Source: Schmidtea polychroa (taxonomy: Eukaryota). Taken from it: a stretch of DNA of 64,000 bases. Where the stretch lies: positions 25,358,001-25,422,000 of the forward strand of contig CM097887.1 of NCBI GenBank assembly GCA_044892525.1, in the 5' to 3' direction. A program made the position numbers and the translations under genes. Positions 12,406 to 25,569 of this stretch are shown here, piece after piece. Every line of letters starts with the position of its first letter. Position 1 is the stretch's first letter. Under the pieces are notes generated by a model. The model was not told the DNA's origin, ran no database searches, and worked only from the letters and a program-made list of their open reading frames with translations.

Positions 12406-12909
12406 TCATAGTAATTGATTTATTCCAAAAAAACGATTGACAATTTTCAAGATTTTATTTTCCGCCTCTACAGGGCCACGTCGATCAGGTTTGAATGATA
12501 TCTTGTCCATTTCGATATCATCAGATAATGCCATTTTATCCCATAGCTGTTTCCGTCGAAGCACACGCGCGATTTCAAACTTCGACTTAACCAAATGTTT
12601 TACTTCGGACAATTGAGAAAATCGGTTGGATAATTCTTCAATCAAATAATTTCTGATTTCCGTGTTGCAAACAAATCGATTTGAAAGATCCGACATAGCA
12701 TGATTCAATATTATTTCCTCACGAATACATAATACAATATCGTTGCTTTTATTGACGAACTTATCTGTGAATTTAGAAAACTCGATCCCATGCATAATCA
12801 TGAAAAATGATGGCAACAACTGTGAAAGTTCCGTGACAATCGATACGACTAATTTAATATTGTTAAGATATTCTTCAACTGAAGGATCACATTTAACACC
12901 TGAAGCCAT
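12406..12909 (-). CDS. Hypothetical protein (~167 aa from MASGVK)
   Basis: Uninterrupted ORF, more GC-rich than its flanks, TAAAATGG start context. The first 20 aa resemble an ADF/cofilin N-terminus; the rest is unrecognised. Confidence 0.45.
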   Translation of the reverse strand: MASGVKCDPSVEEYLNNIKLVVSIVTELSQLLPSFFMIMHGIEFSKFTDKFVNKSNDIVLCIREEIILNHAMSDLSNRFVCNTEIRNYLIEELSNRFSQLSEVKHLVKSKFEIARVLRRKQLWDKMALSDDIEMDKISFKPDRRGPVEAENKILKIVNRFFGINQLL

Positions 12910-13459
12910 TTTAACCAAGGAACTTTATCACTCCAAGTTTCGATTCAAAAAGTCCGGTAAAACCAAACAAAATTCCAGAATTTCTATTAAAACTACATTT
13001 ACAAACCATAAAAATTGACAATTAATAAATTACCTATCCACAATATCAATCCATTGCTCGCGTCTGTGTGCGCACACCAACAAGAATCGGTCTAACCAGA
13101 CCGCGCACACAGACGTGATAGAAAAAGCCAAATAACTGCCAGTCAGAGGCAATCCCCCTNNNNNNNNNNNNNNNNNNNNNNNNNNNNNNNNNNNNNNNNN
13201 NNNNNNNNNNNNNNNNNNNNNNNNNNNNNNNNNNNNNNNNNNNNNNNNNNNNNNNNNNNNNNNNNNNNNNNNNNNNNNNNNNNNNNNNNNNNNNNNNNNN
13301 NNNNNNNNNNNNNNNNNNNNNNNNNNNNNNNNNNNNNNNNNNGTATCAAAAAACATCGATATGTTACTGTCTCTCTTTTTAATAAATCCAATGGAAAAAA
13401 TAATCAGTTTTGAAATTGGAAAAAAAGTTCTTATAATAATATAATAATAAGGTTGTATG

Positions 13460-13858
13460 TAGGGTGACCACCTTTTTGGTTTTACCAGGTGATCTCCGTT
13501 ATATTCAACATATATCCAGTCAGGTCAAGCCATTTCTCCGGTTTTTTTATATTAGTACGTCAAAAGTAAATCAAAATATTTTAAATCAGAAATTGGAAAT
13601 TATACATTAATTTTGGTCCGTTGGATTTTTAACGAGAATAATTTTTGTTTATTTTGCCCCTTTTGCAAGAAGTCAGGACAAAAAAATTGTGTTTAAATTT
13701 AATAAATAATTTTTTTTATTTTAATAAATTCTTTATTCAATTATAATCTTAAATAAAATGAAAAAAATTAATAAAAATAAAATATCCATTTTTTTCAAAT
13801 TCTCCGGGTTTCTATGAAAAACTCTGAGGGTGATTGTAAAATCAAGTTGGTCAATCTC
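13460..13858. mobile_element. hAT-type MITE
   Basis: Left TIR TAGGGTGACCA, degenerate right TIR tggtcaatctc, TSD gttgtatg/gttatatg (7/8). Confidence 0.6.
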
Positions 13859-14039
13859 GTTATATGTGAATATGTTGAATGTATCAGTCAGTTATTTAGG
13901 GTGTTTAAAGTCTCTGTTTGGTTGGAAAGTCGGTTTAATTTCATTTTAAGGAAAATCTGGAAAATCTTCTGAAAATAGGGACTTAAATCTTCACCATCTG
14001 TAAAATCTAGTCCCATAACCACACCACCTACTTATAATG

Positions 14040-14450
14040 CACATATTCTACACTTTTATTTCCACTTTTTATCATCTGCATTAGTTAATGCTGTTATAAT
14101 ATTTTTAATAGTGAATACGCGATGATATTTACTAATTACTCTATTTTGAAGAACAGTAAAAATTTAATTTTTATTTTTACAATCCAGACACGACAGAAAT
14201 TTTAAGTCAATATCTTTCAATATTAACCTCAACTTTAGTACTTCCTTTATCACTCAAAAGGATATAGCATTTTGGTCTAAGTTTTTTAGTCTCGTCAATG
14301 AACTTTCCAATGACAGAATCAAGGATATTTTATTAAACGGGATGATTTGGGTCATAATTCAATTTATCCATTAAACTATCACAAACCATAGCAGGTAAAG
14401 AGTTTCTAATTTACAAGTTTTTGTACAAGGAAAAAGAACCGGCGTCCCCA
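14040..14450 (-). pseudogene. Degraded Polinton pPolB C-terminal relic
   Basis: Minus-strand frames read NYDPNHP..NILDSVIGKFIDE..LRPKCY, KDIDLKFLSCL and QNRVISKYHRVFTIKNIITALTNADDKK, matching the order of pPolB C-terminal motifs, with stops and frameshifts. Confidence 0.65.
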
Positions 14451-14815
14451 TTTTTCAGGATAGATCTGGAATATTTGGTTTGAACTTTATGAGACCTCTC
14501 CCCATGAGGATTAAGGAATTGAATTTCATTTTTTGTTTAAATGAAGTGAATTAATTTTTAATTAATTATTTTTGCTTAAATGAATTTAATTTAATTTTTT
14601 GTTTAAATTAATACATTTTTAAATTAATGTTTATTTTGCTCACAAGAATTTTTGACCGAATTGTTTTATGTCAATGTGAAATTCACATTATAGTCAGTGG
14701 TTTAATTAGGCTCAGTCTTTTCGCGCAAAATTTTAAGTCTCGATAAAAAAGTCTAAAGTTTTTTAGAACATCGTGAGTAAGAAATTAAGTAATATATTTT
14801 ATTTTTATTATTATA

Positions 14816-16509
14816 CAGACTTATTAATTACTATAGACAAAAATATTAATTATTATAGACAAAAATATTAATATTTATAGACAAAAAATTATTATTTATA
14901 GACAAAAATATTAATAACCATAGACAAAAATAATAACACGCATCGACAAAAAAACAACTATAGACTAAAAACATTCATTTAATGTGTAATACATTATGAA
15001 TTCAGTTAAAATATAGATAAATATAGTTAATGTCAATTATTATTGATTGGGGTGTATTATTACTATTTTCAATTAAAAAAAACCCATCACATGACATTTC
15101 TACGCACAAACATTGAAAACTCTGAAACAAGCCAGGATGGTCCTAAAAGAAGAACAACAGTAACGGTAGAAACACTGAGAAATATGCGTAACATGCTTTT
15201 ACGGGGTAGAACAGCCAAGAACATAACGGAAGATTTAAATCTTTCATCTAAAACTGTTTACAGGTGGATTGAAAGACTATCTTCATATACCGGTAGTGAA
15301 GCGGACCTGGGCACACTCATAAAACCACCGGGTCGCCAAAGAGCAGAATTGACAACCCAACAAGTGACACTGGCCGAAATTGTTGCAAATGATCCCAGTT
15401 TGACCCAACGCGGGATGTCACACTGCCTTGAAATACAAGGCATTCGTCTAAGTCAACCTACGATTTCATATCATCTAAAGAAGCTGGAATTAACTAAAAA
15501 GCGACTAGTAAAGATTGTAGATCGAAAAAATTCCAGTCAAGTTATCAACACACGCAAAAATTATGCAATTCGGTATAGGCTCAAAAATGATGAAGATTTG
15601 TTGTTTCTTGATGAAACCGGGTTGAATCTCCATTGTACAAGAAATTATGGCTACAGTCCGAAGAACACGCCGGCAAGAATAGTCGTTCCAACAGCAAGAG
15701 GGAAAAACACCTCAATTATAGCGCTAATTTCGAGAAATGCGATTTTACATAAAAAAATAATACAAGGTGCTTATAATTCTTCACTGATGGTTGATTTTTT
15801 GCGGGAATGTATTGCACTGGGTGTTATTAAATCAAATCACGTGGTATTAATGGATAATGTAAGGTTTCATAAAACCGAGCTCGTTTCGACTTTTTTTCGA
15901 CAAAATGGTGTGTCATTTGACTACATTCAACCTTACAGTTCAGAGCTCAATCCGATTGAGGAAATATTTAGCGTTATGAAGAATAGGTTTTACGAAAAGA
16001 GACCACGAGCAACCAACGCAAATACTTTGAAGTTTTATGTTGAAGCAGTTATCGATGAAATGAATAATGATCTTGATTTTAGTGCATTTTATATGAATAT
16101 GCGATCCTATATGAATAGGGCTTTTAGTGGAACGGCTTTTTAATGAATGAATAAATCAATCAATTAAATGGCTACTGTTAGTTGTAGTATTTTTCTATAT
16201 TATTCTAAACAGTTTTTGTAAAGAGGCTTATATATAATATATTTAAGTCAGCGGCATAGATATAAGTAACATTTTAGAAATATAACAATTGAACGCCCAT
16301 GGCAATTAAGATTGTATATATAAAGAATATTTTGGTCGTTAATTTTTAATGATGTGTCTATGAACATTAAATTTTTGTTTATAAATATTAATATATTTGT
16401 TTATAAATGTTAATATTTTTGTCTATAATAATAAATATTTTTGTCTATAAATATTAATATTTTTGTCTATAATAATTAATATTTTTGTCTATAATGATTA
16501 ATAAGTCTG
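14816..16509 (+). mobile_element. IS630/Tc1/mariner DNA transposon, apparently intact
   Basis: TIRs begin CAGACTTATTAAT and contain ~22-bp tatagacaaaaatattaat repeats; TA TSD at 14814-14815 and 16510-16511. Confidence 0.92.
15091..16143 (+). CDS. IS630/Tc1-like DD34E transposase (350 aa)
   Basis: N-terminal HTH; FLDETG, LMDNVRFH and YSSELNPIEE with 34 residues between the second D and E; first ATG at 15091. Confidence 0.93.
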   Translation: MTFLRTNIENSETSQDGPKRRTTVTVETLRNMRNMLLRGRTAKNITEDLNLSSKTVYRWIERLSSYTGSEADLGTLIKPPGRQRAELTTQQVTLAEIVANDPSLTQRGMSHCLEIQGIRLSQPTISYHLKKLELTKKRLVKIVDRKNSSQVINTRKNYAIRYRLKNDEDLLFLDETGLNLHCTRNYGYSPKNTPARIVVPTARGKNTSIIALISRNAILHKKIIQGAYNSSLMVDFLRECIALGVIKSNHVVLMDNVRFHKTELVSTFFRQNGVSFDYIQPYSSELNPIEEIFSVMKNRFYEKRPRATNANTLKFYVEAVIDEMNNDLDFSAFYMNMRSYMNRAFSGTAF

Positions 16510-19500
16510 TAATTATGTCAGATGAAATACAATTGAGTTATAGGTCATGTCGAAAAGAAACCTAACCCTAACCCAGTTTACTGAATATTTTTATTAATCG
16601 CTGGACTACCATTTAACTACTTATAATTAAACAGTTTATTTCATTAGTATTTGAATAAACAAAAGCATCGACAGAAAAATACATAAATAAATAAAAATAG
16701 TAATTATCACACTTCAATAATTTGTTTGTTCAATTGAAAACCTGAAATTGTTTCGAACAAGATTTCCGACCAGTTCGGTAGCCAAATGAAGTGATTCGGC
16801 TCCAAATAAAAGTGAAAATGATTTATGTCGAAGTTCAAGTTTTCAATCTAGGCGATTTTTTAATGCAATTAATAATCATAGAAAAGTGCACCGAGACTAT
16901 TTTTAAACAATAATTATAAATCTGTTTAAACATGTCAATGTGAAACCGAAATACAATTCTTGAATTAATTATCTTTATTACTGTTTTTTTTATAACAACT
17001 GTTGATTTTTTTCGCCAATTATTGCAATTTTGTTTTAATAGATGTTACTATTTTTTTGGCTTTAAATACACATTTTTATTAAAAATAATTTACAAAACAA
17101 AATCTTTCATTTATCAGCATCAAATTGAATTTTCCATAAAAAATTTATGGTTAAAAAATTTTAAAGATTTTTTTGTTTAAATTTTAAAAATAATAAATAT
17201 TTTTAATGGAAATTTATTAAAAAAAATTCATCATGAACAGTTTTGATATTTAATGAAATCATTGACAGAATGTGTAAAAGTATTTCAGAAATGGAACAGA
17301 ATTTCGATCAAAATTGGGATCAGAGATTATTGTCAGATGGACTGTATAAAATAATGCAATGTGAATAGTACACATTTTGTTTATGGAATAAAGTTGACTT
17401 GAATACATTAAATTATATAAATTATCGTAAATATTATCAAATGTTCTATTTGAGTATTTATTATAAATTTTATTTATATTATAATTATTATTAATTATTA
17501 TTATTATCATTAAATAAAACAACGCAATCTTTGTTTGTGATACCCAGTGCAGGTCAAAATAGTAAACAAGTTTTGAGCTTTTGGCTTTCATCAGTACTTG
17601 GCAGGAGATGAGAAGATTTTCGATTTTTTTTGACGAAGTCAAAAGAGGTAGAAGGATCTAATTGAATATTTGAAATGTTTGTCATTTCTTCACCTTCGCA
17701 AATAGGCAGTGTTTTAACAGAAATATCTGAAATTCTAAAGAAATATTAAATTAAAGTTTTTTAGTCATTTTCTCTACAACTCAAAGTGGAGTTCTTCAAA
17801 TCAAACTCAAAAAGTATTTCCGCAGTTTTTTTTTTGATAAATTGGAAATAATAATATTTTAACGTATCAAAAATTTGCATGTATTTTTTACTATGTGTTG
17901 TGCCTGTGTGTTAAATTTGTTTTTTCTACAACTATAACAGTTTTACTTTATTACAATATTAAATATTTACCCACAGATAAGTTTTGTGTGTTTCAACTTT
18001 ATTGATTTTTTATAGATTATAGAAAATTTTATTCATTGAAAACGGGTGTATTATAGACTGTTTTTATCAAATGCAAAGTGATGTATTTGGGATATATGTC
18101 TCACTCTTCAACACAATTTAGCACTTAAGGAAATTAAAGTTTTTTGGAACCCCATAACATTGTCACACCCACCACTTTGAAACATTGAACCTCTTTCACC
18201 TGCAACATAAACACTATCAACACCCTTACAACCATTAGATCTAAATTTACTATATTTAAACCATGCATTTAAAATATTTTCTTTTCATTGCAAGGTTAAA
18301 GTTAAAAAAAGAAAAATTATCATCAAAATTATGAAAATTAATTTAAAGTGCAATTTTTATTTTTCATTCATTTATCAATAAATAAGTTTAATCGCGTTGT
18401 AAACATTAATTACTGAAGCTATCAAAATATATTTTTTACAAATACAATAACTTTAATTGTCTTAATTCACAACTTTAGTTTCAATCATCTTTGTAAAGTC
18501 ATTTGTAAAATTATGTTTTTTTTTAATTTAAATTAATTTAATAAAAACAAATATTTTATTTTATTCCGGTTTTAAAATGTTATTCAAAAATATCGGCTTT
18601 TAAGATTTTTTTAATTACTGTAAAATTAATCAACTAGGAAATGTAAAAGGGAAAGATTTATATATTTTTTATAATTTTATTTTTTTATTTATTTTATTTT
18701 GTTACAATAAAGAAATCAAGGTTAAAACTAATTTTATTCAGAACATATTGCTTTCAATTATTCATTTGAGAGTTAAATCATAAGGATTTGTGAACCACGA
18801 ATGAATCACTTGTAATCCATTGACTAGAACGACACTGTCATAATTTCTATAACACAATTTATTTGGCACGAGATTTTGATAGATTGAGATTTTGTTCAAA
18901 ACAATTTCTTACTCTTGACTAGAAAGTTATATAAAATTGTTAAATAAGTGTTGTACATTTTTAAAAACAAAAAGTAAAAAAGAGTTTATCTTTATATGTC
19001 TACAAGAAGGCAGTGCTTGTCAAATCAAAGAAAGCTTGTAACACCAATGAAATAATTCTGCCAATAACATCCTCCTTACTAAAAAATTTATCGATAAGAA
19101 ACATCCCGACAAATTAATTCTTATCAATCTCCCCCACAGATTTTCACAAATAATCATTTAATTTTCTAGACTAATATTAATTCTTTTTGAACTCATTTCA
19201 ATATTTCAAGTCTTTAGACATTTCTTCTTTATCCTTACTAATAAGTAGATGAATTCCGTGTATAATTGGATTTTCAGATGCTATTAGAAACTTTGAAAAA
19301 GTAAACATAAAATAATAATGACCACCGAATATATCNNNNNNNNNNNNNNNNNNNNNNNNNNNNNNNNNNNNNNNNNNNNNNNNNNNNNNNNNNNNNNNNN
19401 NNNNNNNNNNNNNNNNNNNNNNNNNNNNNNNNNNNNNNNNNNNNNNNNNNNNNNNNNNNNNNNNNNNNNNNNNNNNNNNNNNNNNNNNNNNNNNNNNNNN

Positions 19501-20536
19501 NNNNNNNNNNNNNNNNNNNNNNNNNNNNNNNNNNNNNNNNNNNNNNNNNNNNNNNNNNNNNNNNNNNNNNNNNNNNNNNNNNNNNNNNNNNNNNNNNNNN
19601 ATGGAGTTTGAAGTTAACTGTATTTTTTACAAATAATTTGTGAAATGTTACTCTTAATAACCATGTATTTCTAACTAAATTATCTACGAATTTCTGAATA
19701 TTGCTTGAAAATCATCATATAATTTAAACTAAATTAGATAAGAATTTGTGAAATGATATTATAGTCATCTAAATGTTGCAAAATAATATCAAAATGACTG
19801 TTTTTACTAAAAGTTGTTGGGTTTTTTATTTAAACAATCAAATCGAAACCCAATACAGATTAACTCAATTAAACTTCAATCAAAATTATAATTCGTCACT
19901 AGATTTGCACATTTCTCTTCAATAAATATTGCTTATGAAGATAGAAAACCTAAGGGGTAATCACCCTTTCCGGTACGAGAGTTAAAATTGCTTTCAATCA
20001 CTAGATTTTGTCTTCTGACCGCTTACTGACTTATTCACTCGATTTTTCTCATGTTTCCTCGTCTTGTCTGTTTTCAGCTCTCTTTTATACTTTTTCTTAG
20101 GACAATTATCTACAGAACTTAGGATTATTCAAATAATTAGCTTTCGAGGATCTTGGGTAAATATTTTGAGGGTTATTAAATCATTCTTATTTGTTTAGCC
20201 CGGATTGGCGCTTAATATTCGTATACATTCTTGATGATTTACAATGCATCCATTGCATTGTATGCCAGTTATTAATAATCACATGTATTGAATAAATAAT
20301 TTTCAATTTTTGTATTTTTTTCTGAAAGTTTAAGCAACAGAGCATATGCATTCAAGTTAAAACATCACTTTGATGCCAATCATTCAAACTTTATTGGTAA
20401 ACCTTGCAATTTCTTGAACAGAAAGTTAAATGAATTAAAATAATCAAAAGGTACATTCTCTAAGCATTTTCACTACCAAATAATGCTTTGCTAGCACCAT
20501 GTAGTGTGATGTTAATTTTTTATTTGTAATTAGGAT

Positions 20537-22068
20537 CAGTGACGTAGCTACGTATTTAGCGCCTGAAGCAGATAAAAACGAAGCGCCCCTTAAATGCCGG
20601 GAAAATTTAGTTTTTTTAACATTCAATTGAAACACAAAATATGTAGTTATATTTTCTAAAACTTTATTTATCTAAATTATCTAATATTTTATCCAAATCT
20701 AGTTGGGAAGCGGCTGTCCTCTTATTAATAAAGTTGCTAGTGAGCTAAGGCGATGTTGGGACATACTGCTTCTTAAATATGTTTTTATTAATTTTAATTT
20801 AGAGAAACTTCTCTCTGCTGCCGCAGTAGTTACAGGTAGTGTTAAAAAAAAGTAGGCAAGCTGTAATTTTTGCCGAGAAACTACTTGAAGCTGGTGTGTG
20901 AATTAAAAGTAATTCAGCAACTTCCCTTATAGATGAAACTTTTCCTAACTGGTTAAAAAAGCAAATTTAAAAACGAAGTAATTCGGGCCCAATGCTCAGA
21001 GAAATGTCATTAGGATAAGTTGAAAGCAAGATTTCCGACTCTTTGAGAATATTTTCTTCGCATGACGTGATGAGATGTTGAATACAATTGTCGAACAGAG
21101 GCAAACCTAATAGTTAATTGATTAATAATAAAATCAAAAAACTGTATAAAAAACTTCAATTTCAAAACACTTTTCGGCCTTTGAAATCCGTTTATCTACT
21201 TGTAACTCATCATAGAATTTTTTCATGCGACGCAATCTTTTATTGGGAAAAATCGGTTTAATTTACCATTTATGTGATAATTCCAAAGCTTAGTTTCTAA
21301 CAAGTTCCCAATTATTCCTCAACTTTTGGAATTCGGTTAGGAGAAACGATATCATATCTACAGATTTTTCAATATCTTCCTGGGTTCCTTGTAATTAATT
21401 AATAGGTTCTAATATTTTACTTTCTACTATTATTAATATAACTGTCGAAAATTGTTCAAAATAATTTCTTAAAATTTTGGCTTCACATTGCTCATCATTT
21501 TTTCCATTTAATGATAAGTAAGTCAGAATTTTGATAACATCAAAATAGCGTGAACGCAGTGCGTCAAGAGCTTGAACTCGAGAAGACCATCGTGTTGGGC
21601 AAATTCTTTTTAAAATTTTTGCCATGTTATTTTGCGTTGTTTCCGTTAACATCGACCAACGTCTAACGGAACTAAAAAATACGTACATTTTTTCCAGTTC
21701 TTCGTAAAATCTGCGGACTTCTTGTACATTGGCAACACTATCGTTTATAACTAAATCCAATTTATGTGAACAACAGAGAACAAATTTAGCAGCAGGGTTT
21801 CGTTGTCTGATTCTCGTTTGTAAACCTGAATAAATACCGCCCATATTCGCAGCACCGTCGTACCGTTGACCACGCAATTTTGACAAGTCTGTAAATTTTT
21901 CAATAATTTTTAAAACTTCTGTTTCCAATCCACTTGTAAATACATATCATTAACAAAATCTTCAAATCGATTTACTATTAAAACAAGATTTATCTTTGAA
22001 TTTTGCGCCCCTAAATTCGTGCGCCTGGAGCAGACTGATTCAATTGATCCCCGGTAGCTACGCCCCTG
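20537..22068 (-). mobile_element. Internally deleted hAT element (ZMYM1-like transposase relic)
   Basis: TIRs CAG(T/G)G(A/G)CGTAGCTAC; 8-bp TSD ATTAGGAT (20529-20536, 22069-22076); YDGAANMGG and CCSHKLDL in 21395-21928; dimerisation motif LPVTTAAAERSFSKLKLIKTYLRSSM near 20760-20840. Confidence 0.9.
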
Positions 22069-22899
22069 ATTAGGATTTATAATTGTAAATTTCTAATTGT
22101 TGATGATGTTGTAAAAGAAATTAGACTATATAGGATAATTCTCTATAGAAAATTATTACAATAGAGAATTTTAAAAATTAAAAAAAGAATCATTAAAAAA
22201 AGAATTTATTATTTTATGAATAACTGTTTGGTAATATAACGAAATAATAACGAATTAAGAAAGCTTTCATTGTCGAAAACTAATAATAATAATTAATTCC
22301 AACCATAACCTGATACAACAGGAGATCTCAATTCAATTTGGTTTCTATATAAGAATCGGGATGATTATTTAAAAACTAAATTCAAACTGTATGTACCGTG
22401 GAATTCCCAGCCTCCCAAACTTGAAGGTTGATATTTTATCTTTAATCTGTTCTTTAAATAAACTTTGTAATAGTTAAATTAGTTTTTATAATTTATGTCT
22501 ATTTAATATTTATTTTTATTGTCGAAATCAACACACAAGCATTCCAGCTGTCCAGAGACAGTATTTTTAAAGGAGACTGGGCTGGGCTCTAACAAATCTT
22601 CTTGTTGCAAGCATATACATTACGCATAAACATTACCATAAACACTATTAGTAATAAATAATAATAAAAGATCATAACACGTTTACATAGAGTTGTGAAA
22701 CAGCTAAATACCATCACATAAGAACTAATTCTACCGGCTGTTGTAGTTTTGCCGAGTATTATTAAAAGCCAGTCGGCGGGAAAACTACTTTCAAATGATT
22801 TTTAATTAATAATACTATCAGTCACGGAATTCAGCATCCCTAGAAGAAGCGTTTGAACCACTATGGGTCTTTAATTGAAAAATAAAGCCTACATACCCT

Positions 22900-23150
22900 T
22901 GTTCTTATATTAAAATAAACCGTTCCTGTTGGTTTCATTTAGCATAATCCAATTACTTATTGAACGTACCACGTAATTTCGATATTAAATTTTGGTTTTG
23001 AAAAGGTTTAATAAGGGTTGCTTGTTTAGCACATATATCACTTGCCAAATAATACCCTTTCGGAACCATGATTTTACACGTGGAATAGCGTCAAAATTTT
23101 CTATCGATTCCCCTATTATATTAATTGTCATTAAATGACTTGCTGTCTTT
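22900..23150 (-). pseudogene. Possible Harbinger/PIF transposase relic
   Basis: PKGYYLASDICAKQATLIKPF resembles the GYYLxDxGY...LxPY motif; short and degenerate. Confidence 0.25.
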
Positions 23151-24430
23151 ATTAGTAAAGAATTTCGGTTATCATATAATGTTATTTATTGTAGTGAATC
23201 CTTTTCATGTTAGGTAAAATTAACAGCTATTACGTTCAAATTTGTTCAAGTCTCTCTAAAGGTTTTCATTTATAAAATATGACACCATTCCAATTTCATG
23301 ATTTAGATTCAAGTAAACATACACATCATGATAAGGCCGTAGCGCAGAATATTCTGCCCATTTTATGTTCTTCTTTTTCAAGTTTTAATTCCTGTTAATG
23401 TTTACTTGAAGTATGATAATAAACATAAGGTTTATCGAGAAAATACCTAAAATTAATTATTTCTTTTATATCTATCATTACTTCAGCTAGAGATAATTGA
23501 ATACGATAAGCCAAACAATGACAAACGTTAAAGCCTCAAAATTCTTCTAACCCCTTTGCCGACACCCTAGCCTTTTATCCTAACATAACTGCCAAAATCC
23601 GAAAAAACTTTCGTTTAAATATTTTTCATTAAAACCATGCTTTTCCAATACTAATATTAAATATTGGGAAATTATTTTTGATGTTATTCTTTTTCTAGGA
23701 AAATAGATTAAAATAATATGCATTAAAAAATTCATAAACATAATATTTTACAACCAAAATATTTATTTTTTTACAGTCAAAATATTCAAATAAGAATGTA
23801 GTTAAAATTGTAAATTTCCCATTTTATTTACAAAATACTCAAAATTTCAAATATTATCAATTCATTTAAGACTAAAAGTATTTTCTCAGCACTTTTTAAT
23901 CAGTATCAACCAATAAAGAAAACTTTGAAAAATTCTCAGCCAGGACAGTCATATCTGACCCTATTGAATATCACCACTGAGTACATTTCATACTGCTTTT
24001 GTACTCTTTTTTGTGCGTATTAAGAAATACTTTAATAGTTTTGTTCATCAAAATGCATAATTGAAAAACATTTATTGTTACGGTACCTTAAAGATATATA
24101 CATGTACAAAACAATATAGTTTGTATTCTGGAAAATTTCCCTCTATTTCTAGATGCGTATGTAGTCAATTCTTACCGATACGAGTGCAAATAAGACATTT
24201 TACCATTTTTGATTGATGTTTAGTTACTCATCCTTCAAAATACGTACATTGAAATCAAAACTAAAGTTTACATATTATTAACCTACACTTTTTTTATTTT
24301 CATTAAGTTCCTATTTTGTATAAAATATTATTATTTAAATATCAATTTATCATATCAATTTATTATATTAATTTAAAACAATAAAGTGATAATTTAAGCC
24401 TTTTGCTGCAAATGTATTTAATAAAAAAGT

Positions 24431-25522
24431 TGTTGGATGATGAAGGTAGGCACATCACCACATTTAACCTCAACAGGTATTATAGGACAGGGCCCAAGAA
24501 ATACAGAGTCAATGTATACGCCGAAGAGCGTAGATAAATAGACAATCTAATTTCCCAACAATCAACAACCCAATTCAATCCAAAAACAATCCAAAACAAT
24601 CTTTCAAAACAATCTGAAAATTGACTATCTGTGAAATAATTGACAATTTGTTTATGTGTATTTTATTATCATTGATGTGTATTTTATTTTGATTATTTTT
24701 TCATGATATCGGGTGTATATATCTAAAAGCCTATTTTATCTATGTTTTATTGTGTTGTAAATAATTGGGTTTTTATTTGTTTTTCGTGTAATCAGGGGAT
24801 GGGATTAATAAAATTTTAATTATTAACGTTTATTAATTAAGAAAATATTAATTTAATAAAAACAGTTAGAACATTTTAAAACAAAATATTTCCTTAGAGT
24901 TATAAGTACTCTTAAAGAAAAATAAAATATTTCTTAACATGTAGAAAAAAAATAATTCGTAAAGGCTTGAAAATAATAATTAATTTCCTCTAATTTATAA
25001 GTGTTCTTAAAAACATTTTTGAAATGAAATATTTCTTAACATGTGGAAATATAAGACTTAAAAATAATAATTATTTAAATTATAAGTATTCTTAAAATGT
25101 GAAAATAAAATATTAAATTATTTTTTACAATAACAGCTGCCCAAAAAATTTGTATAAATAGCGACAAAAAATTAGTCTTAGTCGCCCAAAAATTTAGCGC
25201 TTGTAATAATATTCAAAGGTTAATCCTACGAATAAAACAAAGCCCGGAACAACACAGAACGTTCCACAAATTTTTATTTACAGTAATTATACATATACAC
25301 GCACGACACAACATAATAACAAAACACAATATTTCACAAGCATTTTTTGAAAAGATAATAGAATAAAAGAAGTATTTGGATAAATTGTGTAGATCGATTT
25401 AGGAATTTAAATTCAACTGTTTGGTAAATTTTGTTTTTAATAAATATTTATCTCTAGACTTATTTTGATATATATATAAGAACCAGATAAGTTGAGTGTT
25501 CCCGAATATCGAGACCTCAACA
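24431..25522 (+). mobile_element. Solo LTR (family 2) inserted into a fold-back MITE
   Basis: TGTTG...CTCAACA ends; 4-bp TSD AAGT (24427-24430, 25523-25526); homologous to 56590-57673. Confidence 0.8.
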
Positions 25523-25530
25523 AAGTTTTA

Positions 25531-25569
25531 GACTATAAGATAGTCCTTGACAAGGACTATCTTATAGTC
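25531..25569. repeat. 39-bp near-perfect palindrome at the centre of a fold-back MITE
   Basis: GACTATAAGATAGTCCTTG-A-CAAGGACTATCTTATAGTC; MITE arms at about 24340-24430 and 25570-25650, related sequence at 8330-8407. Confidence 0.85.

Noticed and set aside
16555-16575. Interstitial telomeric repeat cctaaccctaaccc
   Set aside because: Only two units; likely chance or a TE end.
4596-19611. ORFs in the track filled with X (also 46187-46543)
   Set aside because: Artefacts of translating N-gaps.
18690-20440. Possible MULE or piggyBac relics
   Set aside because: Too degenerate to support from motifs alone.
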